From a virus (Duplodnaviria; Caudoviricetes): a DNA stretch of 56,978 nucleotides. The stretch lies in the IMG/VR virus record IMGVR_UViG_3300003279_000006, positions 1 through 56,978 of that record; one strand, 5' to 3'. This document shows positions 1 through 8,238 of this stretch, piece after piece. The notes below the pieces were generated by a model that had not been told where the DNA came from, made no database searches, and worked only from the letters and a program-made list of their open reading frames with translations. The translations under genes and the position numbers were made by a program. The stretch's first letter is position 1. The number at the start of each line of letters is the position of its first letter.

Positions 1-14
1 TTTCTGATACTCAC

Positions 15-536
15 TCATGGCTTGCGCTCCTGGCGTTCCGCCACTATGAGTTCGATCTTCTCCCGGACTGACAGGTTCCCCAGCCTACTGTTGCACTCCG
101 CATGGACCAGCATCAGATTGTTGAGGTTATTCGAGCCCCCGCTTGATCGGGGCGCGAAGTGCTCGATCGTCCGATCGTCACCAGTCGTGATCCGTCCGCA
201 GAGCCCGCAGGTTGCCCCGTCCCGGGCCAGCAACCCCCCGATGATCGCGCGCTTCCGAGCCGTGCCCGGCTTCGCCTCCCGCTTAGCTGCAACCCAGCTA
301 GCGTTCGTGCGAAAGGCCAGAAACGCCGTGTCGGCGCCGTTCTGCCAACTAGAGATCAAATCTCGCTCATTCCGGTAGATTATTCCGACTCCGTTTTCCA
401 CCGAAAACCGGAGGACTTCATACTTGTTAGTCGGGGCGAGAATGCTCGATCCGCGTTCCAACAACCAGCCTTCGAACTTGTCCACAACTCGAGAGAATTC
501 CTCCAGAGTCCGGGGAAGCTGCCCCCGCGAACTCAT
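15..536 (-). CDS. HNH endonuclease
   Basis: RDGATCGLCG...TIEHFAPRSSGGSNNLNNLMLVHAECN HNH motif; ATG at 536 overlaps the upstream stop. Confidence 0.9.
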   Translation of the reverse strand: MSSRGQLPRTLEEFSRVVDKFEGWLLERGSSILAPTNKYEVLRFSVENGVGIIYRNERDLISSWQNGADTAFLAFRTNASWVAAKREAKPGTARKRAIIGGLLARDGATCGLCGRITTGDDRTIEHFAPRSSGGSNNLNNLMLVHAECNSRLGNLSVREKIELIVAERQERKP

Positions 537-706
537 AATGCCATCCCCAGCGGACGGAGCATCTGCATCAGGAGCCAGGCAAGGCCAACTGTTGCTGCGA
601 ACGCCCCCACAACCGCGAACACGATCCCCCTCAGGGTCGTCAGGCCAAAGCCTAGGAGGGCACACCCCAGGCCGAGTAAGACCCAAAACTCAAACGATCG
701 TCCCAT
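533..706 (-). CDS. small membrane protein (57 aa)
   Basis: MGRSFEFWVLLGLGCALLGFG...; AAGGAGG RBS; two hydrophobic segments; not in ORF track. Confidence 0.6.
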   Translation of the reverse strand: MGRSFEFWVLLGLGCALLGFGLTTLRGIVFAVVGAFAATVGLAWLLMQMLRPLGMAL

Positions 707-786
707 AACTTCGCCTCCTTATGGATGGACTAGAGTCCAGTTTCGGAATAGACTGGCAACCAACGGCCCCAGCACAACCAACACGA

Positions 787-999
787 TCAGCAACCAGAGA
801 CGGACTGGTGACATTCCACTGCCTTTCGGGTTTGCCGGAGGCACTCGGTAAGCGCCGCATCCGCGGCGTCGATCGCCTCTATCGCTGCTCTTGGCAACAA
901 CCTGCGAAGCTCATTCAGCTTGCTGTCCAACCCCGCTACGAGCAGACCGATGTGCTGGCCACATTCCTCCGGAGGGGAGAGGGATTCCGACTCGGTCAT
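787..999 (-). CDS. hypothetical protein
   Basis: MTESESLSPP..; ATGA overlap with the upstream gene. Confidence 0.5.
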   Translation of the reverse strand: MTESESLSPPEECGQHIGLLVAGLDSKLNELRRLLPRAAIEAIDAADAALTECLRQTRKAVECHQSVSGC

Positions 1000-1277
1000 G
1001 CCCCCACCTTCCACCGAGCCATATACGGCTCGATCAGTTCCTCCGGAACCCATTGTTCGATTTTCAGCTTGCCCTTCTGGACAGAGTAAAAACAGACCAG
1101 CACCCCACGGGCTGGCATTCCGGATTTGCCCTCGCCCGTGGCTGGCGAAGTCCAGATGTTGGCATTCCCGACTCGGTGATAGTTCACCAGGGCGTTGTGC
1201 TTCCTCAAATAGGCTGTCGCCTGATGATCGGTCATGACGATCCGAGTCATTCCAAAAGTCGGATGGGGCTGGGTCAT
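996..1277 (-). CDS. hypothetical protein
   Basis: Fits tightly in the leftward operon; protein-like composition. Confidence 0.6.
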   Translation of the reverse strand: MTQPHPTFGMTRIVMTDHQATAYLRKHNALVNYHRVGNANIWTSPATGEGKSGMPARGVLVCFYSVQKGKLKIEQWVPEELIEPYMARWKVGA

Positions 1278-1279
1278 GC

Positions 1280-1552
1280 TCAGAGCCCAATCGCTTCAGC
1301 TTCATCGCCCAGGCGAAACCCCTTGGAAATCCTCCGAGTTGCCGAGTCGATCCTCGTGACTGGCGGGGCCAGGGCCAACTGGCGTGCCAGCATCGCGGTG
1401 ATCTCAGCGGTGAGCCCGGCATCCGCCAGCGGCGTGTCTCGGGCAAACCCTGCGAGCATATCCCGCACATCCCCGACGGTGATGGTCCGGGACGGGGTGG
1501 TGGGATTGGTTTGGACTAGGTAGTCAAAGTGCTGATCGGTGGGATCGGGCAT
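1280..1552 (-). CDS. hypothetical protein
   Basis: MPDPTDQHFDYLVQ..; first gene after an intergenic region. Confidence 0.55.
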   Translation of the reverse strand: MPDPTDQHFDYLVQTNPTTPSRTITVGDVRDMLAGFARDTPLADAGLTAEITAMLARQLALAPPVTRIDSATRRISKGFRLGDEAEAIGL

Positions 1553-1753
1553 CGGGCTGAGCTCCGGTTTGTGGGTGTGGGTGTGGCGGGGTGAAGGATA
1601 GGGTAATGGACGTGTCGCGGCCAATCACGTTTTCGTGATTGCGAAGCCGGAACGATTCCCGGGGTCGTGAGAGGCTCCAAAGCTGGGCACGCCCCATCGG
1701 GCGGGGCATTGCCCCCACCCCGCCACATGGCCATGCCACGCCCCGCAATGCCC

Positions 1754-2179
1754 CTATCCCGGCCCGCCTCCCGCCGCATCCCACCCCGCCCTAAACCAGA
1801 ACCCACGCGTCCCAGCCTTTGGCCTTGCCTCCGGCCTGGGCGTGCCTGCCCCCCGTGCGGCCTTCCCCCGATTATGCTCATGCAACGCGACCAGCGGATC
1901 TGTGACCAGTTCATCCTTCGGCCTGGCACCGGAGTTCTGGGCTGACCATCGGCCCAGGCTTGTGACCTCATACCGATCGACTAGTTTGTCATCCTCCATC
2001 CTGATTTGGGAATGCTCCACCACTTTGTCTCTGACAATCAGTCTTAGAATCCGTATGTCCTGTTCTTTATAACTGCTCCGCCAGGGCCCGGGCAGGGGGC
2101 TCCAGACTCCGCCCGCCTCGATCAGACGTTTGACAAACTGGAGTTGACGATAAGTGAGCAGATTCCGCTTGCGTGGCAT
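1754..2179 (-). CDS. hypothetical protein, possibly DNA-binding (winged-helix-like)
   Basis: MPRKRNLLTYRQLQFVKRL...YEVTSLGR; start overlaps the upstream stop. Confidence 0.55.
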   Translation of the reverse strand: MPRKRNLLTYRQLQFVKRLIEAGGVWSPLPGPWRSSYKEQDIRILRLIVRDKVVEHSQIRMEDDKLVDRYEVTSLGRWSAQNSGARPKDELVTDPLVALHEHNRGKAARGAGTPRPEARPKAGTRGFWFRAGWDAAGGGPG

Positions 2180-2616
2180 CAGAGTTCCCCCGTCTTTACA
2201 GCTGGGACCGGCGGCTGCAGCCAATCGCTCTCCCCTTCCTCCGCGTCCACCTCCGCTGCAACTTCCGCCGCTGTCCGGCCTTGGACTTCACCCCAACTCG
2301 CGATGGCCTGTTCCATTCCAGCGGGAACTCCACCCCGCTCCAGTTTCCGCCTTGCGCGCCTGCGCGCTTCCGACTCATTCTTCGCTCGAGTCAGGTTGTA
2401 GTGCTGGCGAGCCATCGCCAGGGTCTTGGAGGCTCTGCCCGGCGACTGCCCAGCAATATCAAGGGTCAGCCCCAGTAGGGCCTCCTCCCAGGTCTTGCGG
2501 CCTTGCCTCACTGCGAGCAGTTCTTGCCCCGCTCGATCTCGGATCGCCCCCCAGAGTAGCTCGAATTCCTCCCCTGCGGAAAGGATTTCATTCAGTCTTT
2601 CCTGTGTGATCGGCAT
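2179..2616 (-). CDS. hypothetical helical protein
   Basis: AGGAGG RBS before ATG 2616; MPITQERLNEIL.. Confidence 0.7.
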   Translation of the reverse strand: MPITQERLNEILSAGEEFELLWGAIRDRAGQELLAVRQGRKTWEEALLGLTLDIAGQSPGRASKTLAMARQHYNLTRAKNESEARRRARRKLERGGVPAGMEQAIASWGEVQGRTAAEVAAEVDAEEGESDWLQPPVPAVKTGEL

Positions 2617-2660
2617 TTCGTCCTCCTGTTTTGACAAAACCAAGTGTTGCGAAGCAAAAC

Positions 2661-2794
2661 CAGACTGCAACTTCGCGCACACAGACTGGCGTCCAATTCC
2701 CAATTCAGCTTCCCAACTTTGCATACCCAAAATCAGACTGCACTTTCCCGCGAGCAGACTGCACTTGCGTGCGAAGCACCTAGACTGCAACCTT
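2661..2794. repeat. direct repeats AGACTG(CA), five copies
   Basis: AGACTGCA at 2662, 2735, 2756, 2782 and AGACTGG at 2683; two pairs spaced 21 bp. Confidence 0.7.
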
Positions 2795-2916
2795 GCAGGC
2801 CCCAGCATTGGGAACCTCGATCGGCTGAGTGTGGTGGGCTGCAGTGGGTGGTGACGCGATGCGCCATTGTAGGGGGCCGATGGTGGGGGCCGATAGGGGG
2901 CCGGTATGGTGGGCGC

Positions 2917-2931
2917 GTTCAACCATTGAAC
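2917..2931. promoter_or_regulatory. palindromic operator-like element GTTCAA-N3-TTGAAC (copy 1)
   Basis: GTTCAACCATTGAAC; recurs in four other intergenic regions. Confidence 0.7.
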
Positions 2932-3101
2932 CATCCCCACCCTACCGGCCCATCATCTCCCACCCAGCGCCACCTCGGCCCCACCATGGCGAAGCCCCAG
3001 CTCCCGGCTGGGCAAGGCCCCCGCCATGTCTGGCAAGGCCCCGGATAATCCTCACGCTTTCGTGATCGGGCTTGGCGGATAATCTTCCGGTGTTCCGTCG
3101 A

Positions 3102-3136
3102 TTTTGCTTGCATCGCGGCCCGACTAGGCGCATATA
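3102..3136 (+). promoter_or_regulatory. sigma70-type promoter P1
   Basis: TTGCAT-N17-CATATA; 15-mer TTTTGCTTGCATCGC identical to P2. Confidence 0.65.
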
Positions 3137-3184
3137 CGCGGAACCGGAAGGCAATCACGCCGACCGAGAAACAGGATGAACACA

Positions 3185-3766
3185 ATGTCCGAGACCAATA
3201 CCGCCCCCGCCAATTCCGACCCGATTGTCGGTTATGGCGATGCCTTCAAGATCGCCATTTCCGCCCTTCCGCCCGCAAGCCTGCTGGCCATGGTTTCTCG
3301 GGGCATCACCCATTACATGGGGTCCGAGCAGTCCTCCAAGGTTGTCGCGGCCCGGAAGGCTGCGGAGGAAAAGGGCGAAGCCTTCACGGACGAAGCGGCG
3401 GAAGCCCTGAAGAACACCAGCCAGAAGGAGGCATGGCAGGCACTGCTGGACGGCAAGGTTGGCATGGGCAATCGCGGGCCGCGCGGCACGGCGACGGAGA
3501 CTGTGATGCGCCGGCTGATCGTGGCGGACATCACTGCGAAGCTCAAGGCGCACAAGCTCTCGGTCCCGAAGGGCGACGCAACCGTGACGCTTGGCAGCCG
3601 GTCCTTTACCCTGGCCCAACTGATCGAACGTGCCATGGCGCGGGAAGGCGAACGTTTCCGCCGGGAAGCGGAGGCCGAAATCAAGGCGATGGAACGCAAG
3701 GCCGCCGCCGCGATTGCCAAGGCCGCGCAGGCTGGTGGCGAAGGCCCGGATGCGTTGGGGCTTTAA
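3185..3766 (+). CDS. hypothetical Ala/Lys-rich helical protein (putative early gene)
   Basis: Own promoter and terminator; AGGA RBS; strong GC3 codon bias. Confidence 0.85.
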   Translation: MSETNTAPANSDPIVGYGDAFKIAISALPPASLLAMVSRGITHYMGSEQSSKVVAARKAAEEKGEAFTDEAAEALKNTSQKEAWQALLDGKVGMGNRGPRGTATETVMRRLIVADITAKLKAHKLSVPKGDATVTLGSRSFTLAQLIERAMAREGERFRREAEAEIKAMERKAAAAIAKAAQAGGEGPDALGL

Positions 3767-3791
3767 GCCCCATCCGGCTGGTGAAGAGAAG

Positions 3792-3816
3792 GGGGCCGAA
3801 AGGCCCCTTTCTTTTT
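3792..3816 (+). terminator. intrinsic terminator
   Basis: GGGGCC-GAAA-GGCCCC followed by TTTCTTTTT. Confidence 0.85.
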
Positions 3817-3848
3817 GCTTGCATCGCAAGCCCAGCCCATGTTATACC
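3813..3848 (+). promoter_or_regulatory. sigma70-type promoter P2
   Basis: TTGCAT-N17/18-(T)TATAC; shares the 15-mer with P1. Confidence 0.65.
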
Positions 3849-3895
3849 ATCCTCGCGGGGGCGATGGTGCCCCGGCTGAATACAGGATCGAAACA

Positions 3896-4105
3896 ATGAC
3901 AAAGCGGCTTTCCTTCTCTGATCGGATGTATGCGGTAACGGTTGAGTCATTCAACCGTCGCGCCGGACTCATGCTTGATCGGGACAACAAGAGGTTTTCG
4001 TCCCGTGACGAGGTGATGCGGCGCTTGTATCGTGAGCAGGCCCGCGAATGGGCACGCAAGGCGAATGCCGATCATGCGAACATGATTGCCTGGGCAAGCA
4101 AGTAA
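3896..4105 (+). CDS. small basic hypothetical protein (putative early gene)
   Basis: MTKRLSFSDRMY..; lies between promoter P2 and a terminator. Confidence 0.75.
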   Translation: MTKRLSFSDRMYAVTVESFNRRAGLMLDRDNKRFSSRDEVMRRLYREQAREWARKANADHANMIAWASK

Positions 4106-4130
4106 GGGGCGAAGCAAGACGGAAGAGAAT

Positions 4131-4157
4131 GGGGGCACGCTTGCCCCCTTTTTCTTT
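4131..4157 (+). terminator. intrinsic terminator
   Basis: GGGGGCA-CGCT-TGCCCCC followed by a T tract. Confidence 0.85.
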
Positions 4158-4700
4158 GTCCGGAGTCGGGGCAAGCGCCCCGATTTGGGCGAAAATCGGC
4201 ATTGCGTCCCGAGTCGCGCACATGAATGCCGGGCTTTGGACGGGCCGCCAAGGCGTTGGAAATTTCCAGGTAGTCGGGTATAGGCCCCTTGCCGGCCCGG
4301 CGTGGCCCATGCTCGTTAGCGATTTTTGCGGAATGTTTCGGTTAGTTGGGGTGGTTTGGGCATGTGCTGGGGCATTGCGGCGGTGGGATGGGGCACGAAG
4401 TGCCCCGGCGACATCGGCCCCCGATTAGGCAGCCCCCTTCCCGTTTCGATCACGGGGGCGTGATAGTTCGACTGGTTCTGTGAAAAAAAAAAATAATGAT
4501 GAAACTGTAACAATTTTCGGCTTGAAATGGCACCCTAGCCTAATCGGCCCCCGATGGTGGGGAGTCGTGCTGGGACGGTGTGGCCACGTGTTCGCCGATA
4601 ATGACCATTCAATGGGCAATACCATGGCGTGGGATTGGAATATTCCGGTGGGCGATTGCCCAGCCGGTGAGAATCCCTCCGGCTGAGACAAGTAACCAGC

Positions 4701-4758
4701 CAGTGGGAAAGTGTCTTGTTCAATGGTTGAAGTGTGGCCAAGGCGTTACACGTCCAAT
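4701..4758 (-). repeat. operator-like element copy 2, an inverted homolog of 36459-36501 and 36367-36379
   Basis: 35/43 identity to 36459-36501 (reverse complement) plus a shared ATTGGACGTGTAA. Confidence 0.75.
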
Positions 4759-5361
4759 ATATCCTAATCGGCTGGCCACGTCCCACGCAATCGGCACCAC
4801 CTCTCACAAACCCACCCCACGCGCCATGCGCCGCACTCAATCCCACCACCTGACCGAGTGCCCCACCCCACGCACTCGTGCCCCGCCCAGTGGGTAGTGC
4901 CTCTTCCACTGAGACGAATCCAACCGACTGGGATTGATCCAGTCCACACTGCCTTGCCAGGGTCCCAAGCCAGCCTGGCAGAGCCCGGGGGGCTGGCCCT
5001 GTCCGGGGGTCCCTGGGCCGCGGCCGAACACCCAAAGACAATTTTCAGCAAAAACACTATGGCCACCTTGCTTGCTTCGCAACACTGGAGCTTCGCACCA
5101 TTCTGGAATGTGGCCACGGAACGGTGGCTTCGCCACCTGTCCCACCCAATCGCCCTCGCCCGCCCGAGCACTCCCCCGCATACTCGCGCGCAGCCGGTCC
5201 GACAGGGTGCGGCGCCAGACGCCAGCGCGGGTGCCTCCTGTCACCGAGCCCTGGTCGTGGTGCCAGTCCCTTTGCAAACCTCAGTTTGTTCCTCCCCGAA
5301 CCCTGGGAGCGCGCATTAAGTCGGGCCGGTGCTTTGCAATGCTGAAACAGGAGCATCAGCA

Positions 5362-5763
5362 GTGAAAACCAAACGGAAACTCTTGCCAGGCTTTTTCCTC
5401 CTGGCATTCGCGCTCGCCGGGTGTTCCGGCGGCGTTCCCGTGGTCCCAGTCGATACCCCGCAGCAGGTCATGGTGGGCCTCCGGGCGTCCCAGATCACAG
5501 CGCTCAAGGCGTTCAACGCCTATGCCGCGCAGCCGTTCTGCGACCTGCCAGAAGCCGCTGGCCCGCCCCTGTGCGCCGACCGCAGCGTTGTCATCGAGGG
5601 CGCCGTGGTGGCCCGTGAGGCTGACGGCGCGCTGGACAAGGCGGACAAGGTGATTGCGGCGGCAGGGGTGTCCGACACGTCCTGGGCGGCAATCGCGGAC
5701 GTGAAGATGTGGGTCGAGCGGTTCAAGACGTTCGTCGGCCTGGCGACGGGGAAGACGCAATGA
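5362..5763 (+). CDS. lipoprotein (possible spanin or exclusion protein)
   Basis: Basic N-terminus, hydrophobic core, lipobox LAGC; AGGAG RBS. Confidence 0.75.
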   Translation: MKTKRKLLPGFFLLAFALAGCSGGVPVVPVDTPQQVMVGLRASQITALKAFNAYAAQPFCDLPEAAGPPLCADRSVVIEGAVVAREADGALDKADKVIAAAGVSDTSWAAIADVKMWVERFKTFVGLATGKTQ

Positions 5764-5960
5764 GCTTCATCGACATCCTCAACACCATCCAGCGCGTGGC
5801 CGTGCTCGGTGGCGACGTGGTGGCGCTCATCAACAAGGCGCGCGGGGCGATCGGCGCGGATGGGAAGGTCAGCCCGGACGCCTACGTTGAGCTTGTGGCG
5901 ATGGCCGATGCGGAGGTCGCGCGGCTTGAGGCGCGAGCCAAGGAAGCCGCGAAGCCGTGA
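5760..5960 (+). CDS. hypothetical protein
   Basis: MSFIDILNTIQR..; ATGA-coupled to the lipoprotein. Confidence 0.7.
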   Translation: MSFIDILNTIQRVAVLGGDVVALINKARGAIGADGKVSPDAYVELVAMADAEVARLEARAKEAAKP

Positions 5961-6450
5961 TCCTCGTGATCGCCCTATCGCTCGCCTACAGCGTCGGGCA
6001 CCTGGCCTGGCAATACCGCCACGGCGTGATCCGCGACGCGCCGCTGGCTTCGGGTGGAGGAAGTGACTGATGCTATTCGGCATTCTAATTGGGCTTGGAA
6101 TTGCTGCGGCGTTAATCGTGGCGTTTATCGTTTGCTTGCGACTGTTCCCCCCAAACTTCCTGCCGTGGTGACACCATGGGCGCGCCTGATGAACAGATGG
6201 CCTGGGCATTCTGGATTGTGATCGCGGTGCTCTTGGCCGTCGTCATCGGCGCCGGGTTCATCCCACTGTTCGGTGGCTATTCCCTGTGGGGGTGGCTGCG
6301 GCTGCTGGCTACCACTGACTGGCGGCATTGACCATGAACTGGTGGGGCTGGATGCTGCTGGGCATTGTCATCGGGTGTGTCCCGATTTGCGGCGTGCCGA
6401 TCCTGCCTGCGCTAGCGGCTAAACTGGCTATTCGGCTGAAACTCATCTAG
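5957..6450 (+). CDS. four tandem hydrophobic micro-ORFs (5957-6070, 6070-6171, 6176-6331, 6334-6450)
   Basis: 33-51 aa each, tightly coupled, each with a predicted TM segment; below the ORF-track cutoff. Confidence 0.6.
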
Positions 6451-6459
6451 GAGACTGAC

Positions 6460-6678
6460 ATGCTTCGTATCATCGCCCTTGCCGCCATCCTCGCCGCCGG
6501 TTCTGTGCCGGCCCATGCCGCCTATGGCATCGACGCGCAGAAGGCCGCGCTTGCCTGCACCGGCGCCACGATCTCCGAGGCGTTCCGGGGGGATTTTTCC
6601 CGCTGGGTGCTGCCGTGGGCCGGGAAGAACCTCCGCGCCGGCCAGTGGGTGGACGAAAACTGCCAGGTCCGCCCGTGA
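6460..6678 (+). CDS. small secreted protein with two Cys
   Basis: Signal peptide MLRIIALAAILAAGSVPAHA; AGGAG RBS. Confidence 0.7.
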   Translation: MLRIIALAAILAAGSVPAHAAYGIDAQKAALACTGATISEAFRGDFSRWVLPWAGKNLRAGQWVDENCQVRP

Positions 6679-6911
6679 GCGATCCGACCAATCCGAAGGA
6701 TGCGGTCTGGATCGGTGACAGCAATGCCCTTGCTGCTGACACCATCGCGACGACCATCGACGATGAAACGAACACTGTTTATGTTCGGTTCGGACAGAGT
6801 GTCGGCAATGCTGTTGTCGAGGTGGTGACGCTGGTCATCCAGAGGGATGTGGTCGAGTCCATTGGTGGGGCGTTGCTGAATCTGGGCAACAAACCTCGGC
6901 CTGGGGAATAA
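6675..6911 (+). CDS. hypothetical protein
   Basis: GTGA-coupled start; protein-like composition. Confidence 0.6.
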   Translation: MSDPTNPKDAVWIGDSNALAADTIATTIDDETNTVYVRFGQSVGNAVVEVVTLVIQRDVVESIGGALLNLGNKPRPGE

Positions 6912-6913
6912 TC

Positions 6914-7192
6914 GTGCTGGTTCTAGCAAAGAATTACCAGATGGGGTATCAGAAGGTTCTTGAGCTGGGAGTTTCGCCCAGAACTCGAATCGTCACGCCA
7001 GGACAAGAGGACAGAATCCGGGGGCTTGCTCTGGAAAGTGAACTGATCGAGGTGGCGGGTCGTCCGTGTCCGGAACTCGATCGGCTGGTTGAAGTTGCGC
7101 GCACACAGCGTGGAACGGTCCCAAACTATCCCTGGCCGGCAAGGTCGAAGCCAGGAAAAGCATCGAAGGAGTTTATCGAATGGAACTCATGA
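6914..7192 (+). CDS. hypothetical protein
   Basis: ORF in operon context. Confidence 0.55.
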   Translation: MLVLAKNYQMGYQKVLELGVSPRTRIVTPGQEDRIRGLALESELIEVAGRPCPELDRLVEVARTQRGTVPNYPWPARSKPGKASKEFIEWNS

Positions 7193-7377
7193 ATGCCCTG
7201 GCGGAAATCCCCGGCGTCGGCTGGATTCTGCCCTACGTCTCGTTGTTGATGGCACTGTCGAGTGTCCTCGCGACGATTATTCCACCGACCTCGGTCTGGT
7301 ATCGAGTGGTGAACGCTCTGGCCTCGAACGTCGGGCAGGCGCGGAATGCGGGTGATCCGAAGGTTAGTGGGAACTAG
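7180..7377 (+). CDS. small membrane protein, putative holin
   Basis: AAGGAG RBS; hydrophobic N-half, polar tail. Confidence 0.5.
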   Translation: MELMNALAEIPGVGWILPYVSLLMALSSVLATIIPPTSVWYRVVNALASNVGQARNAGDPKVSGN

Positions 7378-7388
7378 GAACCCCTGGA

Positions 7389-8030
7389 ATGTCCGACAAC
7401 CCCCTGGAAGCGGTCGATCAAGAGCTGGACGAACTCGACCACCTGATGGGCTTCGGCTCCGCCAGGGGCGGCCGCAAAGTGGCCAAGCCTCTGATGATTG
7501 AGGTCGTCAGGTCGTTGACTCAGGAGGACGTGCCGGCGCTGCTGGAGCCGTCCCCGGTGGGATCGCAGACCCCGACCATTGTGAGGCTTCGCCACCAGCA
7601 CCATATCCTGGCCCAAACACTGGCCGCTGGCCATTCGAACGAAGCGGCCAGTCTCATCACGGGGTATTCGATCAGCAGAATCAGCATCCTAAACGGTGAT
7701 CCGACGTTTCGGCAGCTGTTGGCGCATTATCAGGGGAATAAGGAGATCGCCTTTGTTGATCTGATTGATCGAATGAAGGCGCTGGGTCTGTCGACTCTGG
7801 AGGAATTGCAGTCCCGGCTGGATGATAATCCAGATGAGTGGACGAAGCGGGAGTTGATGGATTTGGCCGAGCTGCTGTTGGTCAAGGGAAAGAGCACTGG
7901 GATGGTCCCGATCAATGCACCGGTGCAGAATTCCATCTCGATCAGCTTTGTCTCGAGTCCGAATGCAGGAGAGTCTGGGCGAAGCCCAGACGGGCCGGTG
8001 ATTGAAGGAGTGGTGGCAGATGGCCGGTAG
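7389..8030 (+). CDS. HTH protein, putative terminase small subunit
   Basis: HHILAQTLAAGHSNEAASLITGYSISRISIL (HTH), helical middle, C-terminal beta strand ISISFV. Confidence 0.5.
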   Translation: MSDNPLEAVDQELDELDHLMGFGSARGGRKVAKPLMIEVVRSLTQEDVPALLEPSPVGSQTPTIVRLRHQHHILAQTLAAGHSNEAASLITGYSISRISILNGDPTFRQLLAHYQGNKEIAFVDLIDRMKALGLSTLEELQSRLDDNPDEWTKRELMDLAELLLVKGKSTGMVPINAPVQNSISISFVSSPNAGESGRSPDGPVIEGVVADGR

Positions 8031-8238
8031 TCAGGAGACAACCAGTCTGGTGGAATTGTCCGAAACGCTGGCCAATGCCGCCCTAGAAGGCCGAGCAAGT
8101 GGGGCGGTGTTGATACTGGTTGGCCGGGACGGTCTGACTGTTCAGACTGGTGGACATGTCGATGGTTTCCAGACCATTGGGATTCTCCACTCGGCCAATG
8201 TCTTGGTGATGCAGACGGTGATGGGGACGAAGTCATGA
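8020..8238 (+). CDS. hypothetical protein
   Basis: AAGGAG RBS; coupled to the next gene. Confidence 0.6.
   Translation: MAGSQETTSLVELSETLANAALEGRASGAVLILVGRDGLTVQTGGHVDGFQTIGILHSANVLVMQTVMGTKS

Noticed and set aside
1570-1870. G-quadruplex-forming tracts (also 2872-2913 and 50846-50919)
   Set aside because: G and C runs are present but loops are long or irregular, and such runs are expected at this GC content
2661-2900. Short repeats as a mini CRISPR array
   Set aside because: Repeats are only 8-13 bp with irregular spacing
2917-2931. Motif as a host LexA or CtrA box
   Set aside because: It is an inverted GTTC-N7-GAAC, not the alphaproteobacterial direct repeat GTTC-N7-GTTC or TTAA-N7-TTAA
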